A stretch of DNA of 64,000 bases from Bacillota bacterium (GCA_009784185.1 WRCD01000001.1:55255-119254), one strand, 5' to 3'; positions 49,901 through 59,599 are shown, numbered from the stretch's first letter. A program made the numbers and translations. The notes: generated from the sequence alone by a model not told the origin.

Positions 49901-52900
49901 TAACGGAACAAGCGAAGGAAATGTGTCCAGCGACAATTGGGGCATTCAAACGGCGGGCAGTTCGTTTATAAACAGTTATTTCAGCGGCAGTATTGAATCG
50001 CTCTTTAACTACAACAGCGGCAGGGTGCACAACTTTGTGGGCGGAATTGTTGGCTATGTTTACCTTAGCAACTTTGCTAATGTTTTTAATACCGGCAATA
50101 TTAATATAAGAACGGTACAAACACAGTCTGCCGGTTCTACCATTGCATTTGCGGGCGGAATTTGCGGGGAGATAAACAGCGGCGGAAACCTGGCCAACAC
50201 TTTTAACACGGGAACCGTTAGCGCACATGGTCAGGCTGCCGGAGGGGACCGCCGTGTTGAGGTAGGCGGAATAGTTGCGCACTTAAATGACTCGGCGGGC
50301 CGGATTACCATTAACGGATGTAAAAACACCGGTGCGCTATATCTAACACGGGTGGGGTCAACCACGTCAAGAAACACCACCCCTGAAGTTAACTACGAGG
50401 GCGACGGGCTTGGAGGTATTATTGGGCTTATTGTAGGCACTGCGGGAGTAACGGGCATAAACAATCAGTATGTACAGAACACTATGTTTTTCCGTACCAC
50501 GGCATCCGGCAGCTGGACTCAATATAGGAATGTAGGGATTGATTACTACAACAACGGTTCTGCAAGAACGAGGCCTGCCAACACAAGCAACGGTGCGGGC
50601 GGGCAATATAACGGCAACCACTTAATAGTTGGAAATAATAACCTGGTGGCACATGGCCATGCAGGAAATCACGAGGCATTTGCTTTTGCCAACAACACAG
50701 ACTTTTTTGTAAGCAGTTCTTATTTTGTGGTTCCGTCCGCTGTAACTAATCCGACCATAGCTGCTCCAAATGTTGGAAGATGGAACTTTAGTACGGTATG
50801 GGAATTTAGGCTTGACAGAAACGACAACCTGCCGCTTTTAAAGTACATGAGCTATCTTACAGAATATAAAAGCGGCGTATTAACTCCTAACAGAAAATAT
50901 GTTTATAACGGCGAACGGGTAGGCAGGTTAATTACACCGCTAAGAACCGGATATTTGTTTGAGGGCTGGTGGAACTATCCTGTGGAATTTGACCCAGAGG
51001 TGGGCGGGCTTGCATACAACAGCATTGCGGCGGTAAACGGACAAAACGGATTTATAAGATATGCAGGCAAAACTGCAACAAGCCTTACAGATACCAATTC
51101 AACCGTTTTTGTGGGGCTGGACAATATTCAGATATATGCCGGCTGGATGCCGATACTCAGTAACATTACCTTTACGGTTACGCTAAAAGGTTTATCGGCC
51201 GATGACTCCATCAGCGTTTACCGAGGTTACGCAATGGGGCAGCTTTATGACCCGGTACGCCCCGGTTATGAGTTTTTGGGCTGGTTTGACAGCGGCAATA
51301 TAAGGTACTACAATACCACGGTTTATGCCTTAAGCACCGACCTGATATTAACTGCCAGGTGGCAGGCAAATACATACAGCATAGAGTTTAATGCGGCAGG
51401 CGGATTTGTTTCGGTCGGTATTATTCATGTTGAATATGACAGCACATTAGAGCTGCTGCCTATTCCTTACCTGTTTGGGCATAAGTTTTTAGGCTGGAAG
51501 ACAGCGGGCGGAAGCACGGTTAAAGATGGAGACATATATAAGTTTGACGGCAATATAGTTGTTGCGGCAGAATGGGAGCTTAACACTTATCAGGTTATAT
51601 TTGACTCCAACCCGGCAAGTGTGGCAGGCACAATAGCCGGTGTAATGACACCGCAGGTGTTTGATTTTTACACCGGACCGCAAGATGAGCAAAATCTGAA
51701 GACAAACGCATTCAGCGTAACAGGCTACATTTTTATGGGCTGGGCATTAACGCCGGGCATAAACAGCAATGTGGTATACCTGGACGGTGTAAGCTTTAAA
51801 ATGGACACCGAAGGTGACGTAACTCTTTATGCTGTCTGGAGAGCGGAAACGTTTTTTGTGCGCATGGACACGCGCGGCGGATGGGTTAGTAATCCGGGCA
51901 CCTTAATACGCGAGGGTGCGGCAGGACAAAGAGTAAGCTTGCCAACGCCAACCAAAACCGGATACGATTTTGCTAAATGGCACACGCTGGTTGGCGGGGT
52001 TGAAACGCTTGTAGGCAATAGCATTATAATAAGCGGAAATATCGATGTTTACGCTAAATGGGACGAGATTACATACACTGTCAGCTATAACAAAAATCCG
52101 GGTTCCGGCAGCACGGCTGTAGTTGGAACCGACCCGACTCCGGGAAGCATTCAGACCCCGGGCAGCCTGCCGCTAAACTATTCTGCTTATTCAAGAACAG
52201 GCTACACTTTTGTTGGCTGGGCGCTTGAGCCTGGCGGGCCGCTAATATATAAAAAAGAAACCAACGATATGCTGCATACAACAGGATTGCCAGCGGCTTA
52301 CGCCGGTTCTAATACTTTAGTGCTTTACGCTGTTTGGGAGCCAAACGTGTTTATACTGGAATTTTTCAGCAACGCAGAGGCAATAGACAGAGTTGCCGAT
52401 GTTGACGTGATGGCAAGCCAGTCGTTCAGTTTTGACCAGCCTAAGAATTTATTTGCAAATCAATTTGCTATTATTGGGCTGGAGTTTAAAGGCTGGGCAA
52501 CAACTTCTGTGCTGGCCAAAGCCGGTACGGTAGAGTTTGTAAACTCGGAACTGTTTGGTGCGTTTACTACCGTAAACAAGCTGTATGCAGTGTGGGGGAA
52601 CAGGACATATGTACTGGAGTTCCGCTCCGGCAGCCAGTTTTTGGGCACTACCATTAGTGCAGAGTTTGATTTAGACGAACAAACCGACATTATCTTGCCG
52701 GGCGAAATCAGCTTTCCGCCATCGTTTTTCAGGCAAAGAAATGACTTTATGGGCTGGGCCCTTACCGCAAGTGCTGCGGAAGGTATCAGCAAAATGCCGG
52801 TTGGCATACAGGCTGCGGCTATGGCAAACGGAAACCGGATTACATTGTTTGCTGTTTGGGAGCCGACCAAGTACACAATAGTAATTAAAGACGAAACCGA

Positions 52901-54389
52901 AACCGAAACGCTTCTTACGCTTTACAATGTGCCTTACGGTCATCCTACATGGTATTATAATGCAGGAATTTTTACCAAGACAGGCTATGCCTTTAACGGG
53001 CTGGCGTTTAGCGGAGGCTCGGTGTTTATAACTCCTACCGGCTTTATAGAAATAGGAGAAAGCTATTTTGATACGTTTGATGCCGTAAAGATGCTTGTTG
53101 CAAAACATACACCCATTAAACCGGAGCTGATTGGTCTTAGCAAAGAGCAGGTAGTTTATAAGCAGGCCGAGAACATAACCATTCTGTTTTCGGGTGTTAA
53201 TGTGGTATTTAATGTAAGCAGCGTATTGAACGGCACAGTTTCTATAAACCCGCAAGGAGTCTTAAGCATAACCGCAACAGGAAAGCCGGGAGTAGACACG
53301 GTATCGTTTACGGTAACTGCCACGCATACGGACGACAGCAATGTGTTTGATACCAAAACGTATGAAGTGATTATAAACAAAAGCGCAATCAGCATAGAGA
53401 GTTACAGCACTGCTTTTGTTTACACAGGGCTTAATCAGCAGGCAGATGTGGCTTATACCCTTGCCGGAGTAGATGCCGGCGACAATGTTAAGGCATTGTC
53501 CGGTCTTACGTTCAAGCAAAACAACGTTATAGTTCCGTTTGTTAACGCCGGCACGTATACGGTAGAATTTGTGCTGGCCGCAGCCTGGGCAGCGTATTAT
53601 CAAACAGATGAAAGCTGTGTGTTTAATATAATTATCAGCCCTGCCATACTTACTGTTACCGGAAATAGTTTAGAAAAGATTTATTTTACGGACAATCCGG
53701 ACGAATCATTGTTTGAAAGCATTGTTGCCGGCTTTGTTAACGGTGAGGACATAAATATTGTAGTAAACTACTCAACGTTCTGCACAAAACTAAGCGGGGT
53801 TGGCAAATACATAATATATCAGCTTGCCGAACCGGTGCCGAACTATGACTTTAAATACGAAAACGGTTACATTGAGGTAAAGCCGGTTGCGCTTGTTAAC
53901 GCCGCAATTGAACTGCAGACGGGGGCCGGCGGGTATGTTGAAGGCGGAAAACTGTTTTTTAACTTAGAAGACATTTCTTTTGGAGCTGACGGCGAATTTA
54001 CGGTAAATGATTTTACTATCGTCTGGGAATACACCTCAACACTTGGCGGAAGCTGGACAAGGCTAAACAACGAGCATGATAGTCAGCTGATATTAACAAG
54101 CTATAAGCTTGGAATAGATGTTGCAGGCTTGTTTTTTAGGGTGCGCATTGAAGGTGCGGGTAACATAGCGTCCGATTCAAACGCCGCGTCTTTGGTAACG
54201 CAAGACAGCAGGATAGCCGCTGCACCGTCGGCACCGCTTATGCCGCTTAATGTGCTTGTTACTGTTTTGGCACTGTTTGGGCTTGGCGCAGCAATCGGCT
54301 CTGCTATACTCATTATATGCTTAAGGCATAAGCGCTTAATTGCCCGGATTAATTTGCAAAATGAATATCTGGGAGGGGCAAGAAGATGA
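46986..54389 (+). CDS. Large (2467 aa) surface protein: two GLUG-type regions, Gly/Asn-rich tract, Listeria-Bacteroides repeats, MBG-like modules, C-terminal TM
   Basis: It has an AAAGGGG SD and a signal peptide. AGGI(A/V)G motifs occur twice (about aa 130-300 and about aa 800-1250). There are many ..GY.F.GW......LYAVW units. MBG-like segments are present (YTGLNQQADV.., ..NYDFKYENGYIEVKP). The C-terminus has a TM helix followed by RHKR. Confidence 0.85.
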   Translation: MNKRVFISSYKRLGLVVALIMIAGSFMFLINAGKSIDRASAFDGTPVAFVDGTDGTGVLGDPYIITKEGHLVYLSENYNRLGAKQHYRLGANLDLDGFVFTPIANDNANAFKGEFDGAGFVISNFVMSGSSNAGGLFGYIDGGKVFDVNIINFNAEQIYTPGSLAGGIAGEALNAEITNCTVSSSRLTAYNSAGGIAGSAHSTVVEDCKVFASFISAQKSAGGIVGEITGSGSVVNSCLSQNNNILAETYILLAGVDSAAGGIAAISNGTAISDCRSRDNNIFSQRYTAGLVAVALGTTITSSYNTSTVKGYDGVSFAGVYSLNGANGIDGIAALNGADGKAGAAGANGTRGGSAGGIVCVIDYESVITDTFNAGMIIAGSGGGGGNGGSGGGGGNSGKDGSDNYLANGGSGGSGGGGGNGGNGGSAGAIYVFYLNNSSVPVNIAGIITNTFTRAGMVNLDLINGNGGSAGFGGFAGGFGYGLVNGSSGQNGLNGIPGDSGTIEKLTGEEFQPHLVFNYNGGNVGVATKPVDYNSAFGTLPVPVYDGWKFVGWQNEYGSFVNGNTLFLALDKIELTAIYEKLYVINAHLNNGSGVSGTVFEANDFVAEGLPVPVRAGWAFDGWYLDSAFGTPLSATATAISLEASPTVYAKWLQEIRINFNITEFGSIINNEPASVLNNFNAAAPNQLYVIRVSGRPLGALPVARPNILNSQYYFGGWYENISNTSTLVAATTVYNHASLTNGQITLTSRWNTNAFLEYNLMGADDIDECSTAWDGGDEIYAGGTGTEQNPFQIANARQLRQLALHVNNRTAISPGNFYFDKHFILTNNIDLGTVHLWEPIGNGSVVGGLVRRFEGSFHGNGFYVKNLNIQYNSSTAIAAGSRIYLGLFGAALNAKITQVGIESGSITFNATGTGNIAERTHIYVGSVIGRCAGATLIQECYSNVDINVNVNRTAATLGVSAFVGGMVGRLDNGTSEGNVSSDNWGIQTAGSSFINSYFSGSIESLFNYNSGRVHNFVGGIVGYVYLSNFANVFNTGNINIRTVQTQSAGSTIAFAGGICGEINSGGNLANTFNTGTVSAHGQAAGGDRRVEVGGIVAHLNDSAGRITINGCKNTGALYLTRVGSTTSRNTTPEVNYEGDGLGGIIGLIVGTAGVTGINNQYVQNTMFFRTTASGSWTQYRNVGIDYYNNGSARTRPANTSNGAGGQYNGNHLIVGNNNLVAHGHAGNHEAFAFANNTDFFVSSSYFVVPSAVTNPTIAAPNVGRWNFSTVWEFRLDRNDNLPLLKYMSYLTEYKSGVLTPNRKYVYNGERVGRLITPLRTGYLFEGWWNYPVEFDPEVGGLAYNSIAAVNGQNGFIRYAGKTATSLTDTNSTVFVGLDNIQIYAGWMPILSNITFTVTLKGLSADDSISVYRGYAMGQLYDPVRPGYEFLGWFDSGNIRYYNTTVYALSTDLILTARWQANTYSIEFNAAGGFVSVGIIHVEYDSTLELLPIPYLFGHKFLGWKTAGGSTVKDGDIYKFDGNIVVAAEWELNTYQVIFDSNPASVAGTIAGVMTPQVFDFYTGPQDEQNLKTNAFSVTGYIFMGWALTPGINSNVVYLDGVSFKMDTEGDVTLYAVWRAETFFVRMDTRGGWVSNPGTLIREGAAGQRVSLPTPTKTGYDFAKWHTLVGGVETLVGNSIIISGNIDVYAKWDEITYTVSYNKNPGSGSTAVVGTDPTPGSIQTPGSLPLNYSAYSRTGYTFVGWALEPGGPLIYKKETNDMLHTTGLPAAYAGSNTLVLYAVWEPNVFILEFFSNAEAIDRVADVDVMASQSFSFDQPKNLFANQFAIIGLEFKGWATTSVLAKAGTVEFVNSELFGAFTTVNKLYAVWGNRTYVLEFRSGSQFLGTTISAEFDLDEQTDIILPGEISFPPSFFRQRNDFMGWALTASAAEGISKMPVGIQAAAMANGNRITLFAVWEPTKYTIVIKDETETETLLTLYNVPYGHPTWYYNAGIFTKTGYAFNGLAFSGGSVFITPTGFIEIGESYFDTFDAVKMLVAKHTPIKPELIGLSKEQVVYKQAENITILFSGVNVVFNVSSVLNGTVSINPQGVLSITATGKPGVDTVSFTVTATHTDDSNVFDTKTYEVIINKSAISIESYSTAFVYTGLNQQADVAYTLAGVDAGDNVKALSGLTFKQNNVIVPFVNAGTYTVEFVLAAAWAAYYQTDESCVFNIIISPAILTVTGNSLEKIYFTDNPDESLFESIVAGFVNGEDINIVVNYSTFCTKLSGVGKYIIYQLAEPVPNYDFKYENGYIEVKPVALVNAAIELQTGAGGYVEGGKLFFNLEDISFGADGEFTVNDFTIVWEYTSTLGGSWTRLNNEHDSQLILTSYKLGIDVAGLFFRVRIEGAGNIASDSNAASLVTQDSRIAAAPSAPLMPLNVLVTVLALFGLGAAIGSAILIICLRHKRLIARINLQNEYLGGARR

Positions 54390-57300
54390 AAAAATTATTT
54401 GTTATCTTAGCCTGTTTTGTGTTTTCTGTGTCGGTGTTTGCTTTTGCGCTGTATCCCAACATGAAGTCGGAGCGCGTTACGGCCGGCAACTGGAACGACG
54501 GTATTGATATAAATACCTACGTCTTTACAGGCGGCGGCTCTGGTGATAGTGCGTTGGACCCGTATATAATAACCGATGCAAGTGACTTAGCTTACATGAG
54601 CAAACAGGCGGCCGAAAATGCGTCTATTTTAAACTATAAATTCTATGAGCTGGCAAATGATATACTTAACTTGGATGTTCATTATTTTACACCGATTGGT
54701 TCCGGCAACGAAAACAACAAAATTTATAATATAAGTTTTAACGGAAACGGTTATACGCTGGACGGACTAACTATAGACATCGGTTCGGATTATAACGGTC
54801 TGTTTGGGTTTTTGGCGGATTCGGACATCTACAATTTAAACCTGACAGGAGTCAGCATAGTTGATACTGCTTCCGGCGGAATGTATACCGGCGCAGTTGC
54901 CGGATATGCACAGGGAAGCACCTTTACCGACATAAATACAAGCGGAACAATAACCGTAACAAACAACTATGCCGGAGGCATGGTGGGAGCACTTGGCGGT
55001 GCTGAAAGCGGTTTTGTTGGGTGCATAAGCAACGTGAATGTTACGTCAACTACCGGAAGTTATACGGGAGGTATTTTTGGTGCTGCGTATTCGGGTACGG
55101 TAACGTTAAGCGGATGCAGAAACTATGGTAATATAAGCGGTAATGAATATGTAGCGGGCATTGGTTCGGGCTATAGCACAACCAGCGCAACGTTTATTCT
55201 TGATAGTTGCGTAAACACAGGAGTTGTTAAAAGCCTTACGTTTAACGAAAGCTATTTTGCCGGGCTGATTGCATACGCAAGCAGCAGCTTAAATAATGTA
55301 ATGAATTTTTGCTCTAACACCGGAAAAATTGATGCAACCAACTCCAACTATGTAGCGGGGCTGGTTGCGTTTGGAAAATTCAGTATTAAAGACTGCTTTA
55401 ACAATGCAGGCGTTGACGGCAGAAATTTTGTTGCGGGCATTGCGGCATACGGCACGTTTGATGTTGACGGCAGCTATAACGGTGTAAGCGGCAATATATC
55501 TGCAAGCGGTTCGTCGGCAGATACCGTGGCGGGCGGAATTGTTGGCCGAATGGCCGGCCCGGGCAGCATAAAGCTGAGTTACAACAAGGGGGCGGTCAGC
55601 GTTAGCGGAAACGGAACGCCGGCAGGGTTGCTGGGCAGTTTTGACGCGGCAGGTGCGCCTGCTAATATGTTTGTAATAGAAAACTGCTATAACTGGGGTG
55701 AGGCCGGTAATGCTTTTATCGGCGCTTCAAGCCAGTCTGTTACTGTTGTTAATTGCTATAATATGTCCGGCTCGTCGGTGGCGGCTGGTGCAAATATTAT
55801 AAACTCACTTATAGTCAACGGCGGCAGTGCAGGTTCAATTTTTAACAATTTGTCGGCTTACAGCCCGTCCGGCTGGGGGCTGGATACGCAGCAGAGTTTC
55901 TTTAACGGAACAACTTACGTAAATTACAACAACGGACTCCCATATATACGCTCCGGGCTGGTCAGCGCCTTATATATTGATTTACAGGGCGGAGAAGCAA
56001 CGGGAGCCTTTAAAGGATTTTACCTGCAGGATTACTTAGGGCAGACACAGGTGCTCTTTACTGATTTTAAGAAACTGGGTTACAGTTTTGTTGGATTTAA
56101 CGTGCCAATGCCGTTTGTGCACAAATTACAGGCAGAGGTTTTGTATTGTCAATATGCGTTAACCGATTATGCAATTGAAGTGGATGTAGACGCCGGCAGT
56201 GTAAGTGAAGGCACCGTTGGATTGTATAAGTGGGTTGGCGGTACGCTAACCTTAACCGCCGATCCGGAGGACTTTTATGCCAATCTGGAAACTAATATGG
56301 TTATAAAGGCAGAACAGATTTCGCAGTTAAGCAACAAATTTGCTTATTGGGCGGTTGAGTTTGATGCCGTGCTGTACCAGGTTTCCAACCAAGCCGAGCT
56401 TAATTTAGGCAGTATATTTAATATGAGCTTTTTAGCTGCTTTTGAGGAGCATCTGCTTGCCTTGCCGGCAGGCGCTGCCGACTTTAGATTTGTTGCGGTG
56501 TTTGAGGAATCCTGGGAGATAGAGGTAGATATTGCTACACAACACAAAAACTGGGGAGACCTGACTATAACCGTTGGCGGAAATACACACGGTTTCAATT
56601 TTGATAATACATTCAGGGTTCCGGTTACACATACGGCAATAAACCTTACACTTACACCAAAAGAATATTACAAAACATCGTCGTTTTCGATAGAAAAGGT
56701 AAATGATGCTTCGGGGCAGACCCTTATAGAACCATATACCTTAAACGAGTTTGAGCCCACCAGCATTAACATACAACTGAAAAGCGACCTTAAGCTTTCA
56801 ATCAGTTTTGCCGTAACAATTTATAATTTCAGCATTAGTTCGGTTTATGAGGATTTTACCGATACGCCGGACAACCTGATAGAGTTGTACGGGAACGTAT
56901 ATCCATTTTATATTGACCAATTTATTAATCCTGCCGTTCAGAGTGGGATTTCCGCTAAAGCGGGAGATATTGAAGCCTACAGGTTTTTAGGTTTTAAGTT
57001 TAAGTATGCCATTGGCGGCGGGTACAGCAATTATGTGGATTTGTACGCCCCGGGTGTGATGGGGGCAGTTGATGTAGATGCCGGATTTTTAAAAGACTAC
57101 TTTGTTAGCGGAGCCCAATATTACAACGGCGGAACAGTTTATATAGTTGCGGTATACAAACAGCAGTATCAGTTAAATGTGGAGTTTAACGACCACGAAT
57201 TAGGCAGTCTTGATGTGCGGATAAACACAAGCAGTATTTTAGACTACAACGGCAGATATTTTGACGAGGGCTCGGATATTAAAATATTTATTATAATTTA

Positions 57301-58555
57301 CGACAATTGCAGATTGGACAGTATTACTATAAACGCAGCTGCGGCCGCACAGGTAGACTTACCCTTAGAGACCGGCTTAAATATTTTAATCCGTCTTGCC
57401 AAGATACGGTATTATCTGGAGCTGTATACTATAGATTACGACAATATTAAAATCGATACCGAAGGCAATCTGGAGGCTATAGATTTTAAATCTGACCTGT
57501 TTGGTGAGTATCTGGAATATGATGACAATTTTGTTATATACAACTATCAATCTTTGGAAATGCGCAACAACATGATGTTTGTTGCGTGGTATTACAGGCT
57601 GGCGGGCGGTGCGCTTGTGCCGATTACGGCAGATGAGGATGACAACATAAACAGTATTATTACAAAAGGAATTATTAATCAGGTTAAGTGGACAGGTTCC
57701 GGCGGCCGGGAATACATAACCATTGTTGCAAAAATAGTTAACATTTTTGTGTTGGATGTGCACCTGTCTATAACTCAAAGCTTACGCGGGGACTATATTG
57801 TTGCAGTATATGATGAGGGACTGAATGATTTTGTAATTGTTGACAAGGATGACACAGAGTTTGCAATGGGCGCAACGGTGCGTATAACGGCCGTATCAAA
57901 CAACTATTTCAGTTTTGCTTATTTTGAAGACAGCCAGGGCAATAAGCTTGCTGCAGATAGTTCCAATCCGTTTGCACTCACATTTGTTTTGAGCGGAAAC
58001 CAATTTATTTCGGTCTATTTTGACCCGGACGATTTTTACTTTGCTTTAGGGCCGGGTGACATTTCTCCCAACGGAGAGGTGATGTATCTAATCAATTCCA
58101 AGGCAGCCGAGATAGGGCAAATGCAGACCGTAAAGATAGGCGATACAATTATTGTATCCTTTGAGCCGGGGGCAAATTATCAGGTTAGTGAATTTACAAT
58201 AAACGGAAAAACTTTAATTCAGCTGAGAGACGATTACGGTGCCCAAATAGCAGGAAATTCACTTATAATAAGAGTTAATGCGGATTTCCTGGACTGGATT
58301 TCGGGCAATCAGGGGCTGATTAGCGCCAACATATCAACAGCCATAAGCACATTGTATATAATACTGCTTGCCTCAATTGCCGTGCTGGTGCCGGGAATGG
58401 TGCTTGCCGCAACCATAATAATGGTATACAACCAGCGCAAGAAGGCTGCGGCGCTTGTGGTTAAAGCAAGGCAGGCAAAAACCAAGGGCGGACACGACTT
58501 TAGAGACATGATGGATAAGATAGGCGAAGAAAAGCGAAAGGAGATTAACAAATGA
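54386..58555 (+). CDS. Large (1389 aa) surface protein: GLUG-type head, degenerate beta modules, C-terminal TM plus conserved tail
   Basis: Its ATG overlaps the upstream stop (ATGA). It has a signal peptide and head motifs GLFGFL, YTGAVAGYA, YAGGMVGAL and YTGGIFGAA. The C-terminal module is ..VSFEPGANYQVSEFTINGK.. followed by a TM helix and NQRKKAA. Confidence 0.8.
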   Translation: MKKLFVILACFVFSVSVFAFALYPNMKSERVTAGNWNDGIDINTYVFTGGGSGDSALDPYIITDASDLAYMSKQAAENASILNYKFYELANDILNLDVHYFTPIGSGNENNKIYNISFNGNGYTLDGLTIDIGSDYNGLFGFLADSDIYNLNLTGVSIVDTASGGMYTGAVAGYAQGSTFTDINTSGTITVTNNYAGGMVGALGGAESGFVGCISNVNVTSTTGSYTGGIFGAAYSGTVTLSGCRNYGNISGNEYVAGIGSGYSTTSATFILDSCVNTGVVKSLTFNESYFAGLIAYASSSLNNVMNFCSNTGKIDATNSNYVAGLVAFGKFSIKDCFNNAGVDGRNFVAGIAAYGTFDVDGSYNGVSGNISASGSSADTVAGGIVGRMAGPGSIKLSYNKGAVSVSGNGTPAGLLGSFDAAGAPANMFVIENCYNWGEAGNAFIGASSQSVTVVNCYNMSGSSVAAGANIINSLIVNGGSAGSIFNNLSAYSPSGWGLDTQQSFFNGTTYVNYNNGLPYIRSGLVSALYIDLQGGEATGAFKGFYLQDYLGQTQVLFTDFKKLGYSFVGFNVPMPFVHKLQAEVLYCQYALTDYAIEVDVDAGSVSEGTVGLYKWVGGTLTLTADPEDFYANLETNMVIKAEQISQLSNKFAYWAVEFDAVLYQVSNQAELNLGSIFNMSFLAAFEEHLLALPAGAADFRFVAVFEESWEIEVDIATQHKNWGDLTITVGGNTHGFNFDNTFRVPVTHTAINLTLTPKEYYKTSSFSIEKVNDASGQTLIEPYTLNEFEPTSINIQLKSDLKLSISFAVTIYNFSISSVYEDFTDTPDNLIELYGNVYPFYIDQFINPAVQSGISAKAGDIEAYRFLGFKFKYAIGGGYSNYVDLYAPGVMGAVDVDAGFLKDYFVSGAQYYNGGTVYIVAVYKQQYQLNVEFNDHELGSLDVRINTSSILDYNGRYFDEGSDIKIFIIIYDNCRLDSITINAAAAAQVDLPLETGLNILIRLAKIRYYLELYTIDYDNIKIDTEGNLEAIDFKSDLFGEYLEYDDNFVIYNYQSLEMRNNMMFVAWYYRLAGGALVPITADEDDNINSIITKGIINQVKWTGSGGREYITIVAKIVNIFVLDVHLSITQSLRGDYIVAVYDEGLNDFVIVDKDDTEFAMGATVRITAVSNNYFSFAYFEDSQGNKLAADSSNPFALTFVLSGNQFISVYFDPDDFYFALGPGDISPNGEVMYLINSKAAEIGQMQTVKIGDTIIVSFEPGANYQVSEFTINGKTLIQLRDDYGAQIAGNSLIIRVNADFLDWISGNQGLISANISTAISTLYIILLASIAVLVPGMVLAATIIMVYNQRKKAAALVVKARQAKTKGGHDFRDMMDKIGEEKRKEINK

Positions 58556-59541
58556 GAGCTATAATTGTTTCCTGTCTTATGCTTGCTATGTGCCTGTGTG
58601 TTGCAATATGTTTTGGATACAGCGGCCACGGTGTTGTAAAAGTTTCGGCTGCTTATGAGCCGGAAAACAATGCAGTTCCGGCTGCTGCCGCGCCAAGAAG
58701 CGCAGGGTTTGGCGCATTTGGCGTATGCTCGGTTTATGTTACTATCCCGGGCGAATACAATGGCATGGGCAGTTTCGCGGTTTTTGCGGTTGATACCGAC
58801 CCTGATACAGAAGAGAAAATTTTAACCGGAATAACGCCGGAAGAGAGCAGCAGATATGAGTTCCCGGCCGGGACTTTAATTGAAATTCATGCACTGCCTA
58901 ATCCGTTTCATGAGTTTGTTGACTTTAAACAAAACTTTAAAAGCGAACGTGCGTCACATGAAATATTAAGTGTTGAAGTAAGGTCGGACAGAGAATTCTT
59001 TTTGCTGTTTAAAAAGAAAAACTATATCATTAACGAAGGAATTATCTCCAGCGGCGTGGTGCTTAGTACAAACCAGTTTAAATTGGGTGATGAAATTTAT
59101 GTGTCATTAACCCTGGACTCCATGTTTGAAGTAAAGGACTTTAAAATAAACGGAATTTCGGTTAATCATCCAAACTACACCGGAGAAATAAAGTTTGCAA
59201 ACAACATTGCAACCATTATTATTACCGAGGACTGGCTGGGCGGTTATCTGAGCAATTTGGATGTTGTTGTAACAACCAAACTAAACGATATGTTTTTGAT
59301 TGCCTTAATAACCGCGTCAACCTCAATTCCGCTTTTAATATTGCTTACTGTGTTTTTGCTGGCAATTGGTAAAAGGCAGCGCAAGGCAGCAAGGCACGCA
59401 TTGCAGGTTAAGCAGGTATACGCGTTCCAGACAGATACCGGCTCGTTTATTAAGGGGCTTAAAGACGGAAGTTTTACCGGACAGTTTACGGATAAAGACA
59501 TAAAAGCAGAGCTAAAGAGCCAGAGCAAAGACCCGATGTAA
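58552..59541 (+). CDS. Small (329 aa) member of the same anchored family: signal peptide, one or two beta modules, TM and conserved tail
   Basis: Its ATG overlaps the upstream stop (ATGA). It has a signal peptide and a C-terminal TM followed by KRQRKAA...GSFIKGLKDG. Confidence 0.75.
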   Translation: MRAIIVSCLMLAMCLCVAICFGYSGHGVVKVSAAYEPENNAVPAAAAPRSAGFGAFGVCSVYVTIPGEYNGMGSFAVFAVDTDPDTEEKILTGITPEESSRYEFPAGTLIEIHALPNPFHEFVDFKQNFKSERASHEILSVEVRSDREFFLLFKKKNYIINEGIISSGVVLSTNQFKLGDEIYVSLTLDSMFEVKDFKINGISVNHPNYTGEIKFANNIATIIITEDWLGGYLSNLDVVVTTKLNDMFLIALITASTSIPLLILLTVFLLAIGKRQRKAARHALQVKQVYAFQTDTGSFIKGLKDGSFTGQFTDKDIKAELKSQSKDPM

Positions 59542-59544
59542 CAA

Positions 59545-59573
59545 TTGACAATCTTTTTTGATAGGCGTATAAT
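59545..59573 (+). promoter_or_regulatory. Lipoprotein gene promoter TTGACA-17-TATAAT
   Basis: It has consensus hexamers and starts immediately after the end of the operon. Confidence 0.6.
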
Positions 59574-59599
59574 AATTTACAATAAAGGAGATTTAAAAA

